64,000 bases of DNA, taken from assembly GCF_006345805.1 (NCBI RefSeq), contig NC_043006.1, forward strand, positions 95,604,001-95,668,000, in the 5' to 3' direction. This document shows, one piece after another, positions 41,547-53,768 of the stretch (positions are counted from its first letter, which is position 1; the number at the start of each line of letters is the position of its first letter). A model generated the notes under the pieces. That model searched no databases, was not told where the DNA came from, and was given only the letters and a program-made list of their open reading frames with translations. Position numbers and translations under genes: made by a program. The DNA comes from Octopus sinensis (Eukaryota).

Positions 41547-42679
41547 TGTAAGAACTGTAAACAAGAAAAAAACTGGTGAAACAGCTTGATGAATATGGTG
41601 TTAGTTTATGAGTGCAGGCTGAGGAAGAGAGCACCTAGACATTTCGGATGATAGTACTTCATTGAATAGAGAATAAAGAGAAGCATAAGGAATAAATAGA
41701 ACGCAGAAGAAAGCTGAAGGGTTAGAAACCCAGTCTATTAATGTTTTAGGAACGTTATGATGAGACACAGCTGTCAACGTATAGCTGTATGTATCAGAGT
41801 GTATCTCTGTCTGAAAGGGCCATAAAAGTTAGTGTTGTTTATGTATGTTTTATTATGATGTATTTATGCGGATAGAGGAGCACAGACGTGAAAATATATT
41901 AACGTTGGTGTGTGGGGACAGAATATATCGAAGGGTTTGGGATTATTATTTGGGCACTGTGAAGTTGTGTATATCAAAATGTAAGAACGCAGGATGTTGG
42001 AGTATAAGCGTTGAAGGAGAACATAGGTTGCGAGGAGTACGGTGAAATGTGAGATGTAAGTGTGAAGAAGTGTTTAAGAAACTAAGTGTGGAAAGCGTTT
42101 TACTCATCCTTACGACTAGTGTTTCCCAACCATTTCTTCCGGTACTCCACTTTTTAAAAAAATCTGGTACCCATCAACATTCTTTTTTTAAGATAGTAAC
42201 ACGATCTCCAGTTCAAGTACCAAGCTGACGGATACCTCGACTCAATAGCAAGCGGAGTTCACTACTGCTTTTATAAACGCTTGACACTGGACAATAGATA
42301 TTGAAACAGAGAAATAAGCGCCTAACAAATGCAGATACCTCACCCGGTATGATGATTGGTCATAGCTACATCAATTCTCGTGGTTTAAATATAAATATTA
42401 CATGGCAATATTGTATTTCTTCATTTCAGTGTTCAAAGATAGGCTTAGGATCGACAAGTGTGCGCTCAAGTCACTTGCAAAAAGTTCACAACCCACGCTA
42501 ACGCATGCCCCACTCCAATTTTCCCACGCCCCACGTTGGGAAACACTATCTGAGACTGTGAAACAAAGTGGGAAGTTAAGCTGCCTATAACGAATAATTT
42601 ATTGAACTGGGGGTCTAATATCAAATCAGTGAACTTTCATTCACGATTTTCCTATAGTTATGGCTATATTCCTGTAGCT

Positions 42680-42905
42680 GTGGAGGAGTGTGGCTTAGTG
42701 GTTAGGGTGTTGGACACACGATTGTCGGACAGTGCTTTCGATTCCTGGACTGGATGACGCGTCGTGTTCTTAAACGAAACACTTCATTTCATGTTGCTCC
42801 AGTCCACTCACCTGTGATTAATTCTGTGACGGCCAGCTGGGGAATTTATATGCCATAACATCGGGATATCGGTGCTTGTGAGTCGGTATGACTCGAGAAG
42901 GTAAC
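42680..42905 (+). mobile_element. tRNA-derived SINE, family D
   Basis: A-box TGGCTTAGTGG, B-box-like TTTCGATTCC, core CACTTCATTTCATGTTGCTCCAGTCCACTCA. Confidence 0.65.
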
Positions 42906-44108
42906 TTTAATGTTCTTTTTGTTGTTGTTATGTTTTTGTTGTAGCGATGGGGTTTCTTCTCATGATGCACCTTACAGTGGATTCATACTGCACACAAGGC
43001 CCAATGGGGCAAAGAATAGATCTATCATTCTCACCAGCGTTGCTAAACGACTTTTTTTTTTGCTACTGCTATGTTTTTGTGTTTCTAAACACAGTACATT
43101 GATAAGAGATATCATCTCTGGTCGAAGACTGAAATTAATTTGCTTTTCGCTATATAATGTTTTAAGTATGATCTACAAATGACTATGCGTCTGCTCCATC
43201 ACAATGGCGTTCTCCAAACACTGAAATATTTTATATTTCACATGATTCGGTATAATTGCAAGCCGATGCTACAGTTTCTTTATAAGGAATAGATGTCTCT
43301 ACCACTGTAACGGGGGATTACCACAATGGCATAACACACTATGTTCCTTAAAACACTTCCTTTCAATAAAGTAAATTATGTTGAACCAAACAGTTAAAGT
43401 TTACATAGAAAATAGCAGGTATTGCTATGGTCCCCTGTAAATTATATGTCGGCTATCTGTTTGATATACACAAGACTTTGGCACAAATACTCCATAAGCA
43501 ACAAGAAGATTATGTCATGAATTGTAACAATTCTTTCAGATATAATGATTGTTTAAAATAAAATTTGATATTTAGGATTTTATGTTTGGAAATTTTGTAA
43601 AAGTAACATCGTATATCTTTATATACCAACAGTAAATATATAAGAAAGTATTGTGACTTCTTATCATTAATCTTCTGCCTGTAACCAAGTTTCATAATTA
43701 CTTTCACACCACCTGCTGCCGGTAACATTAATTCTTCCAATACGAGATGAGCCATCAGAGATGTATTTTTCTCATTCCATTCGCAAATTTTAGTGAATTA
43801 TTGTAAATGTAAATGTTAAGACTCGAGATACAATTTGTACACACACACATATATATGCCACCTTCCATTCAGTTCCCATTTACCAAATCCACTCACGAGG
43901 CTTTGTTCTGACCGACTTATAGAAGAACATAGGTGTTCAAGGTGCCACGGACTGGAACTGAACACGAATCTATGTGGTTACGAAGAAAACCTCTTAACAC
44001 GTAGCCACGGTATGTGCATCCGTGGGTGTGTGTGTGTGCGTACTATACACATATATACAGTATATATATTTATATAAATATATGTATGTATATATAAATA
44101 CATACATG

Positions 44109-44141
<33 letters not shown>

Positions 44142-44264
44142 ATGCATGTATGTATGTGTATATACATAGATATATATTGAAGGATAAGAGAAATTGTAGA
44201 AGGGACCCATCTAGGCAATCAATAGAAACTCCAAAGCATAATTTAAAGCACACAACGAAATAAA

Positions 44265-45302
44265 TCTTTATATATATAAAACTGAGAATGTCTGACTCTC
44301 TGTCTGTGTGTGTGTTTCCCTAAAACTTGAGAACTACACAACCAATTTCATTCAAATTTTACACATGCCTTACTTAGGGTCCATGTAGATTCATGGGCAA
44401 AAAACGTTCAACTTCTTGCCTAAAGCGAGCCCATAGCAATATCATATCTTCTCCACTATTTCAGTATTACGTGTTAAAAATGAAACAAAAACGTTTCTCT
44501 ATTTTATGTCAGATACTTTCACTTTAACAATAAAAATAATAATAACAATTGAATTATATGTAGTAAGTAATAATAAAAATCAAACTAAAGTATAATATAA
44601 TCGTAACATAAAAGTAAAAATAGCAATTGGTATAAAATTGCATCAATGACTTGAACTTGAATAAGTGGTTTCACATGAATGGGAATAAATTAAAAATAAA
44701 ATTAGCGTGCAGAAATGGAATAGTCCAGATGGATAATAAAAAAATTAAATTAAATGAAAGACTATTGTCTATAAAGTATACAATGTAGAGAAAAAAAGAA
44801 GATTTGAACACATGGAGAAAAGTACCTTTGAAAAGTGTCTTGGTGTGACTATGAAAGATATCTAATCAGAGGCGGTAAATTCGCCACAATAGAAGCAAGG
44901 TTCGAGTCAACGGAGCGTGCAAGGGAGTACTCGACTCGAACTTGCAAAGTGGAAATATTTTATTTTTACCTTTATATCATAAAGGACATCCCGGAAAAAA
45001 ATTTAAAATCCCCCCCCACCCCGAAGTAGAGGTAGGCTGGATTGTAGCCACATTTCTATCCAAGAGGGAGGACAAGATATAATTGATCGAAATTACAAGA
45101 GACGAGCTAACAATTCCAGTCTGTTATATATTTTTAGTATTGTTATCATTAGCGATATCAAGATATAACTTTGTATTTTGTATTTTATATGTAGATGTAT
45201 ATATACATATATATAGATGTACATGTAATATGTACATATATATATACACATATATACATGCACTAGCACTATGACCCGGCAACGACGGGTCTTTAATGCT
45301 AG
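44265..45302 (+). mobile_element. Non-autonomous Helitron
   Basis: 5' A|TC start (TCTTTATATATATAAAACTGAGAATG). The 3' end has the hairpin GACCCG-GCAACGA-CGGGTC (45273-45291), a 7-nt spacer and CTAG|T. No TSD. The 5' boundary is less certain than the 3'. Confidence 0.7.
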
Positions 45303-45649
45303 TATACATATTAATAAGTGGATAAAATTACATGTAAAAGATATATGGAAAAACTATGCATCATGCACGTTGGGTTCAGGTACCGAACGGAGAAGAGACA
45401 TATAAAAAGTCAAAGTCCAAGGTAAGGGCTTCCAAAAAGGAAATGTTCCAATCGATTAAGAATTTGATGTCTAACATGAATTGTCGGATGAGAGTTCAAA
45501 AGTTTAAAATTCAGTAGTAAATAAATTGGATAAAAATTATTAGATAAGCTAAATATACAAATCCTGGTAAAGGATATCATCTACGGCTGTTTCAGTGGTA
45601 CATTAAATGTATAAATGGCATTTTAAGTATTTCATATACAAAAACCCAA

Positions 45650-46090
45650 AAATATTATCATGTATGATTTCATCACGAAGGAACCCATCCTGATGAGGGG
45701 AGCATTCGGTCAAGAAAATTATCATTGGTGTTTCACAGAAGGAGCATCGGGCACACCTCAAAACGCCGAATTTTTTTATCTTCATTGAGCTCCTACGGTA
45801 ACCATTTCTCATGCGTCTTCACCTTGCCAATCTTCTGCAGATTGCATGAAGCCGTTGCTATACCGATACTAAGTGCCTGGGACATTTCTTTGACATTTTG
45901 ACGTGGGCTTTGTTCACCAATTGCTTTCAATTGTTCATTGTCAAGACTGTATGATCGTCCTCTACCTTCTTCATCACTACGGAGTTTCTGAAACCACCCT
46001 CGTACTTTGCGATCACTTGTGGTCCCCTTACCCCAAACTTGAACTCATGCAAGAAAAGTATGAGAAGGTCGTTTTTTTTATGTTCAGTTT
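45650..46090 (-). pseudogene. Mariner (Tc1/mariner) transposase remnant, N-terminal half
   Basis: Minus strand LFLHEFKFG...VRGWFQKLRS...DEEGRGRSYSLDNEQLKAIGEQSPRQNVKEMSQALSIG...LQKIGKVKTHEKWLP*ELNED...RRFEVC, matching the mariner HTH region and WVPHEL linker. Stops and frameshifts present. Confidence 0.8.
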
Positions 46091-46541
46091 TAAGGGGGCC
46101 TATATTTCAAGAACGTTTTCTGTCTGAAATAAGGGGGAAATTATTAAAGGGCATGCATCGATCCACCAAATGTCGAAATCCACCAAATATATAATTAAAA
46201 TACCATGCTAAAATTGTCGTTCAAGACACAACATTTATAGCATACTTATCTCTCTATCTTTATACACATACACATGTATAACTACATAGAATATAGAGAA
46301 ATACAAGTGATATATTGTAAATTTATTTACATTATAACATAATTATACTATAAAAAGATATGATATCACTAACAATTAAGACAAATATATATCCCACAAT
46401 TTTTTTTCTATTAACCACGAATTAATTTATATAAAAATACAGATTTATGTATATGAAACCCGTCAGGGTAACATTTGTCTCCAACATAGACAAGAAATTC
46501 ATGCAGGGCTATATTTCCCTTGGATTGAATACTATATATAA

Positions 46542-46760
<219 letters not shown>

Positions 46761-46836
46761 ATACGTACATGCATGCATATACTTACACCCAATCCCGCAC
46801 CCTCACCAGCCCTAATTTGTATGTATATATATTATA

Positions 46837-47243
46837 GGCGAAGGAGAGGCTGTATGGAAAAGACCTTGCTTACCAACGAAATAGTTCCGGGTTCAGTCTC
46901 ACACCGTGGCACCTTGGTCAAGTGTCTCCTAGTATATACTCGGGCCGATCAAATCCTTGTGAGTGGATTTGATAGACGGAAACTGAAAAAATCTTGTCGT
47001 ATTTGTGTGTCTGTGTTTTTAATGTGTCTGCGTTTCTCCCCCCCCCCACCTCCCACCCAACCATCGCCTGGCAACCGATGTTGGTGTATTCCCATCCTCG
47101 TACACTAGCGTTTCGGCAAAAGATACCGAGAGAGTAAGTATAAGGCTTACAAAGAATAAGTTCTGGATCGATTTATTCGATTAATGGCGGTGCTCCAGCA
47201 TGGCTGCAGTCAAATGACTGAAACAAATAAAAGAATAAAAGAA
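46837..47243 (+). mobile_element. Diverged SINE family A
   Basis: Head GGCGAAGGAGAGGCTGTATGG and tail GGCGGTGCTCCAGCATGGCTGCAGTCAAATGACTGAAAC. Confidence 0.8.
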
Positions 47244-48317
47244 TATATATATATTCTCTCTCTCTCTATATATATATATATATTCTATATATATATATAT
47301 ACATCCTTAATAGTTCAAACACGTTTTGTTCTCTCTATTTTCTGTCGTCTCTCCCTCTTTTTTCTCTCCTCATTCCTTTCAGTAGAAGTGTGTAGAGTCG
47401 AAACGTGAAGCACTCTTCTATTTTTCCTGAGTGTCAAACTAATATATCTTGTTTGTTCTCTCACCTGTCTCTGTCTTTCGTCATTTTTCTTTTTGTTTTC
47501 GTGTTTATTATACATTTTTCAAATATATACACTGGTAGTTACACACTTTCACGCATTAGTGTCTAAGCGTTGTTTTACAAGTTTAAATCGATATCATCCG
47601 ATATCTCACAATGTAACTGAGTAACACGATAACACCTCCACAAATCAGAGCCACTGAGTTGTTGTCACTACATTTAGAAATCAATATATTATATGCACAA
47701 GAATTAACTCTAATACGTTTAAATGGTCATAGGTTAAGGAAAAGAGAGACAATTCGAGTTACGTGTGAGCGTTTGTTTTTCCTTTGCATATTCTGAAATT
47801 CCTAAGTTCAAACAAACTATTGTTTGGCAGTTTTATTGTAGCCAACGAAGGACGGCGTTTGCGCAGTAAATTTGAAAGGTTAGCTCATATAAACACGAGA
47901 CAGGTAGCCTTGTTCTGTCTCGTGTGGATATGTTTAGCACTAGGTTGGACCTGCTGAAGAAAATCAAACCTTGTGAGTTCTCCATGACTCGCTAAAAGAT
48001 GATCATAAACCAATTGGTCCAGGAAACTAGATGGTAAATGTTTTTCATATCCAAATTTATTCCTGTCGAATTTTGTCCCGAATTATTTGTGGCCATAGAA
48101 CTTAGCTGTTCTTTCTAGGACGTAGAATCCCTATAAGTGGATTCTCTATGTGTTTAAATATACATGGCTATCGCATGGCTAATATACAGTCTTTTTGACT
48201 AAAGTTTTTTTACGCGTTAGACCACTAGAAATGTAAATTTTAATTGAATGTTTTTAATTTTAATTAAATTCCATTTCCCTTTGATATCTTTAAATACTCT
48301 ATCTTTATATATATATA

Positions 48318-48568
48318 TACAAAATTTAGAGGATTGACCACTAAAAGTGGACAGGTTTGGTTTTTTGCTGAATTTTTTCTTAAGAACACATTCTCCGTGG
48401 AAAATGGCGATTTTAACGTATATATCTAGTATACAGGCTGTCCACTTTTAGTGGTCAATCCTCTAAATTTTGTATGTAATAGATTTTTCATCTTCGGATT
48501 TTTTAAAATATACTAGGCTACTGGTTTTAATTGATTAATATCAATTTCTACCCTTATTTAATTTTCAA
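48318..48568. mobile_element. H3 element, 5'-truncated, with 37-bp inverted arm
   Basis: 48318-48354 is the exact reverse complement of 48438-48474, followed by a ~95-nt 3' extension ending CTACCCTTATTTAATTTTC. (TA)n on both sides. Confidence 0.7.
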
Positions 48569-48586
48569 TATATATATATATATATA

Positions 48587-49767
48587 CCTGGAAAACTTGG
48601 AGTGTGGTTACATGAGTTCATGTAAGATAGGAGTCAGGCAGTAGTGGCTAATGGAGCCACCTCTATGAACACACAAATAGTGAGACTGTGTTCCACAGGG
48701 CACTGTCTTGGGACCACTTCTTTTTATAGTGGCCCTCTCAGATATACCCTCAGATGCCCAGATAGCCACTCTGGCAAGCAATGCAGATGATTAGAATGTC
48801 TCACAGAAAATACAGAACCCCAGTGATGTTGCACACCTGCAGCAGGAGTTGGTCTCAATTTACAGATGGGCTGAGGATAATAATATGCAGTTTAATGCTG
48901 AAAAATTCCAGGCCCTGCGCTACCAGCATCCAAAACTGAATATTAAACCTACAGGGTACACCGGACCACAGGGAATTTCAATCCCAGAGCCTAAGTCAGT
49001 GAGGGACCTGGGTATCGACATGAGTGATGATACCTCTTTCCAAGTGCACGTCACCAGGATGGCGACAAATTGCAAACGACTGGCTGGATGGATCCTAAGA
49101 ACATTCAGAACCAGAGATAAGGAAACCATGATGGTCCTCTGGCGGACATTCGTCCTCAGCCGCCTGGATTACTGCTCACAGCTATGGTCACCCACCAGTG
49201 TGAGATTAACAGCGGACCTTGAAGCAATACAGAGAAGATTCACAAAGAAGATCGACTCTTTGCAACATCTCAGCTACTGGGAAAGGTTGAAACAGCTAAG
49301 ACTCTATGCCCTGGAGAGAAGACGGAAAAGGTATGCAGTAATATATATCTGGAAGATCCTGGAAGGAATTGTGCCAAATTTTGGCATTGAAAGCTACACC
49401 AATGCCAGAACAGGACGACACCGCATTGTGCCAAAGATCCTAGCAATGCCATCACGCTTCAGGACCAGTTACTGTCACAGCCTGGGTTTCAAGGGCCCAC
49501 AGCTTTTTAATATTCTCCTAAAGAGTCTGATGAACATGCACAAAGTAGATGTAGGGGTTTTTAAATCAAAGCTGGACCTCTTCCTGTCGAGAGTCTCAGA
49601 TGAGCCAACCTCACGGCAAGAGGTCAAAATGAGGGCAAAAATATCAAACTCCATTCTTCATCAAGTGCCACATATTAGAGGAGGCTCCTAGTAATAACAG
49701 TGTAGCGCAAAACGGCGGTGTATCAACATGACCGCAGATCTGAGCTCAAACTTTAAATAAAAAAATA
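48587..49767 (+). mobile_element. 5'-truncated CR1/L2-group LINE (RT C-terminal part plus 3' tail)
   Basis: VPQGTVLGPLLF and (N)ADD motifs. ORF 48849-49691 contains MQFNAEKF...VRDLG...LDYCSQLWSP...LERRRKRYAVIYIWKILEG. Tail stem-loop present. Confidence 0.85.
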
Positions 49768-49812
49768 CATATATATATATATATATATATAGTATATATA
49801 TATATATATATA

Positions 49813-50244
49813 TACAAAATTTAAAGGACTGACCACTAAAACTGGACGGTCAACATGCTAGATATAAAAGTCATATCGCTATTTTCCACAAAGGATATGT
49901 TCTCAAATAAAAAACTCAGCACAAACCAAAACATTAAAAATAAGCAACACAACTGAAAATATACGAAAATATACATAGATAATCATTTTTATTTCGTATA
50001 TTTTCATTTGTCTTGCTTATTTTTAATGATTTGATTTGTGCTGAGTTTTTTTTATTTGAGAACATATACTTTGTGGAAAATAGCGATTTGACGTCTATAT
50101 CTAGCATGTTGACCATCCACTTTTAGTGGTCAGTCCTTTAAATTTTGTATGTAAAAATATTGTAATCTTCGGATTTTTTTAATATGCTAGGCACTGGTTT
50201 TAATTGATTAATATCAATTTCTACCCTTATTAAATTTTAAAATT

Positions 50245-50245
<1 letters not shown>
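49813..50245. mobile_element. H3 element with ~155-bp inverted arm
   Basis: 49813-49968 is an imperfect reverse complement of 49992-50149. Same 3' extension as the 48.3-kb copy. (TA)n on both sides. Confidence 0.75.
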
Positions 50246-50331
<86 letters not shown>

Positions 50332-50562
50332 TTATATATGTATTTTATTCAATTTGCTTTGCGGGAAGGACTGTTTTATCGAAGTCGTGTCTTGTCCCTA
50401 CTTCGAAGCGTGGAGTAGATTAAGCAGGGGACAACTGACGAAGGGAATGCTGTTTATGTTGCTCGTCTCGTTTCTCATTTTGTTCACCTTTCTTTTTTTT
50501 ACGTCCTGTACCCATATATGCATGTATATATACATATATATATAAATATATATATATGTATT

Positions 50563-50593
<31 letters not shown>

Positions 50594-50802
50594 GGCATGT
50601 ACATGTATGTTTGTATATATGCATATATATATTACATAAGGGACATTAGCCATTTGAATGTGGCTAGGGACAGGGCAGGGCGGTGGGGGTGTTACTGATG
50701 CATTTAGCCCCAGGCGATCATCAACATCACCAGATAGGCTGACACCATCACGGTGTCCTCTATCCTGCAAAGGGAGATCATTCCCCGAAGAAGCGGATGC
50801 CA

Positions 50803-50847
50803 CATACGGACCCAGGTTTCAAGGTATTTGCCTATCATCAACGCATG
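50803..50847 (-). ncRNA. Type I hammerhead motif, C3U variant (H6)
   Basis: CATGCG-TTGATGA-TAGG(CAAATA)CCTT-GAAA-CCTGG-GTC-CGTATG. Confidence 0.55.
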
Positions 50848-51152
50848 GCAGGCACCGCTCCTCGACGAACAACTCTCTGTGCAGGATATTTATATATAGA
50901 TTTTCACGTAAATACATTTACTGATTTCGAAAATCTGTTCGACAGCAATAAGAATTCTCTAAACGAGATATAGACAGTAACTGCTCCATAACATAAGGGA
51001 CATTAGCCATTTGAATGTGGCTAGGGACAGGGCAGGGCGGTGGGGGTGTTACTGATGCATTTAGCCCTTTCGAAATCAGTAAATGTATTTACGTGAAAAT
51101 CTATATATAAATATCCTGCACAGAGAGTTGTTCATCGAGGAGCGGTGCCTGC

Positions 51153-51197
51153 CATGCGTTGATGATAGGCAAATACCTTGAAACCTGGGTCCGTATG
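51153..51197 (+). ncRNA. Type I hammerhead motif, C3U variant (H6), mirror copy
   Basis: Identical to 50803-50847 on the opposite strand. Confidence 0.55.
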
Positions 51198-51442
51198 TGG
51201 CATCCGCTTCTTCGGGGAATGATCTCCCTTTGCAGGATAGAGGACACCGTGATGGTGTCAGCCTATCTGGTGACGTTGATGATCGCCTGGGGCTAAATGC
51301 ATCAGTAACACCCCCACCGCCCTGCCCTGTCCCTAGCCACATTCAAATGGCTAATGTCCCTTATGTTATGGAGTAGTTACTGTCTATATCTCGTTTAGAG
51401 AATTATTATTGCATATATATATTATTTATATCATTATTATTA

Positions 51443-51845
51443 CTGGAAGGAATTGTGCCAAATTTTGGCATTGTAAGCTACACCAATGCTAGAACGGGAC
51501 GACACTGCATACTGCCAAAGATCCCAGCAATGCCATCACGCTTCAGGACCAGCTTCTGCAACAGCCTGGGTTTCAAGGGCCCACAGCTTTTTAATATTCT
51601 CCCAAAGAGTCTGAGGAACTTGCACAAAGTAGATGTAGCGATTTTTAAATCAAAACTGGACATCTTCCTGTCAAGAGTCCCAGATGAACCTACCTCACGG
51701 CAAGTGGTGTAAATGAGGGTAGCTGTATCAAACTCCATTCTTCACCAAGTGCCACGTATTAGACGAGGTTCGTCGTAATAACAGTGTAGCACAAAACGGC
51801 GGTGCATCAGCATGGCCGCAGCTCTGAGCTGAAACTAGAAAAAAA
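51443..51845 (+). mobile_element. CR1/L2-group LINE 3' fragment
   Basis: Highly similar to 49358-49767 (VPNFGI.SYTNARTGRH...GPQLFNILPKSL...DEPTSRQ). Confidence 0.85.
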
Positions 51846-52009
51846 TATATATATACACATAGGCTTATACCCACGTCTTCTACTGTAGCCTCGAGCTGAC
51901 CATTGCCTGTGAGTGGATTTGGTAGACGGAAACTGAAAGAAGCTCGCCGTATGTATATATATATATATAATAAAAGAGGGGGTGGTGTTTGCACGCAGTA
52001 AAAAATATA

Positions 52010-52530
52010 GGAAAATGTTTCGTTGAAAATGCACCTAAATTTCAGAAACTCATAATTTTTAAAAATACATTTATTTACATGTATACCAAACTAGTTTCAA
52101 CAATAAGTTTTGATTATTAATAACAAAAGTTTAAAATTAGGAAAAAAACATCTTTAAAAGTTTCAATGTTGACAAATTAAAATGTTTCAATGTTGACAAA
52201 TGAACATGTTCAAAACAGAAGGTGCAAGTTTGAATGTTCATAGCAGTCAAAAAAATTCAAACTGTAAATCAGTTTGTCTGAATGTACAAAGTCCATTAAT
52301 TTTAGCACTGGTCGACGAGTCATACTGAAAAAACAAGTGTGAAATGAAAATAGTAAAAAATAGGGAATTTGATTTACAATTTCTCCGATCCTCTTCTAAT
52401 AGACGCTTTTGATTGTACTTTTTTTTTTAAGGCGGTTCAGAAAAACTAGTTCGGTATATATGTAAATAAATGTATTTTAAACATTTTCGAGTTTTTGAAA
52501 TTTAGGTGCAATTGCAACAACACATTTTCC
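52010..52530. mobile_element. MITE with ~90-bp imperfect TIRs and TA target duplication (Tc1/mariner-type)
   Basis: TA|GGAAAATGTTTCGTTGAAAATGCACCTAAATTTC... and ...GAAATTTAGGTGCAATTGCAACAACACATTTTCC|TA. Confidence 0.7.
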
Positions 52531-52634
52531 TATGTATGTATATATATATATATATTTATATATATATGTTTGAGTGTGTGTGTTTCTTCTTCCACCATAG
52601 CTTGACAATCGATGTTGATGTGTTTACGTGACCT

Positions 52635-53025
52635 CTAGGACAAAATTCCTCATCTTATAAAATGTGGCTTAGTAGACCCGAATGAAATCGGGTTATATTA
52701 ATCAAAATGTGAAAAGGGGTCTAAATGGGGCTGGAAGGGGATTAAAAATTACAGGAGCGGGTGTTTACAGAAAGAGAGTGAGTGATGGAGGAAGACAGAT
52801 ACATAAAAGAATGAGAGTAGACTTGTCAAAGTGCGTTTTTGGTCCTAGCAACGACACCTTTTAAGATGGGGACTTCTAACCTAGCCCACTTGCATCCTAA
52901 CCTCATTTTACATGTCCCTGTAAATTTTGGAGTCAATCCGACGGGGTCTAGTGGCCTTTAACCCGTTCTCAATGCCAAAACCAGACAAACAAACAAACTT
53001 TTCGCATTACAGAATTATAATATAT
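52635..53025 (+). mobile_element. Possible Helentron-associated (DINE-1/HINE-like) element
   Basis: Ends in GTAAATTTTGGAGTCAATCCGACGGGGTC...CAGACAAACAAACAAACTTTTCGCATTA, resembling HINE 3' ends from memory. No second copy is available to confirm. Confidence 0.3.
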
Positions 53026-53032
53026 ATATTAT

Positions 53033-53768
53033 ACGATCTCAGTTGGAGTGCACACATCAACAAGAAGGTCAATATAGCTCGTAGGATGAGTTCCTGGATC
53101 TTAAGAACTTTCCGGTCCAGAGAACAAGGTGTCATCATACCACTTTTTCCTCGTTTGTACGGCCACACCTTGAATACTGCTGCCCACTGTGGTCTCCTCA
53201 CACAAGACAAAACATCTCCAGAATTGAGTCACCCCAGAGGGCACCCACTAAACAAATTGAAGGCATGGCTGCTGTCCATTATTGGCATCGCCTTAAAGCC
53301 TTGAAACTTTACTCCCTCCAGCGTCGCCGTGAGCGGTACATCATTTGTACGATGTGGAAAATATACCGCCAACTTTGCCCAAACGACCGAAACATTAGCT
53401 TCAAGGCCCATCCAAGACTTTGACCATGGGCTATACGTCCCCTGCCCAATTCAAGATCACAACATACATGTACACTGCAACATAATTTCTTTTCCTTAAC
53501 AGGCCCTGCCCTATTTAACATTGTCCCGAGGGAGATCAAAGAGGAAAAGGATCCCATCAACTTTAAAAAGAGTCTGGATAGATTCCTTCAAAGAATACCA
53601 GATAAGCCACCCATAATTGGATACAACTCAACCAACAAGAACTCACTACTTGAACAAAACTTGACTTAAGCAAAACTTGACTTAAACAGGATTCGAATAT
53701 TCCAGGTGGTGCTATTAAGTTAGACATGGCCTGGACCAATGTTTGGTCGAAACATATCTAAGTCTAAG
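53033..53768 (+). mobile_element. Second CR1/L2-group LINE subfamily, 3' fragment
   Basis: DLSWSAHINKKVNIARRMSSWILRTFRSRE...(fs)RPHLEYCCPLWSP...LYSLQRRRERY. Tail GACCA-ATGTT-TGGTC-GAAAC plus (TCTAAG)2. Confidence 0.8.

Larger units (their letters stand above)
50633..51411. mobile_element. Hammerhead-bearing element, family H6: 357-bp partial tandem plus inverted arm
   Basis: CATAAGGGACATTAGCC at 50635 and 50992. Segment 51068-51411 is an inverted copy. (TA)n at both ends. Confidence 0.8.

Noticed and set aside
45685-45720. CTGATGA...GAAA inside the mariner remnant
   Set aside because: No complementary stems; chance hit.
48318-50245. The 48.3-kb and 49.8-kb inverted-repeat elements as MITEs or Helentron-type elements
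   Set aside because: Arm lengths differ (37 versus ~155 bp), there is a one-sided 3' extension, and the body is homologous to the hammerhead-bearing 12.7-kb copy.
51285-51370. HDV-like ribozyme fold in H6 (GGGGCTA...TAGCC...GGCTAAT)
   Set aside because: No P2 partner strand and no P1.1 GG. A hammerhead elsewhere in the unit explains the element better.
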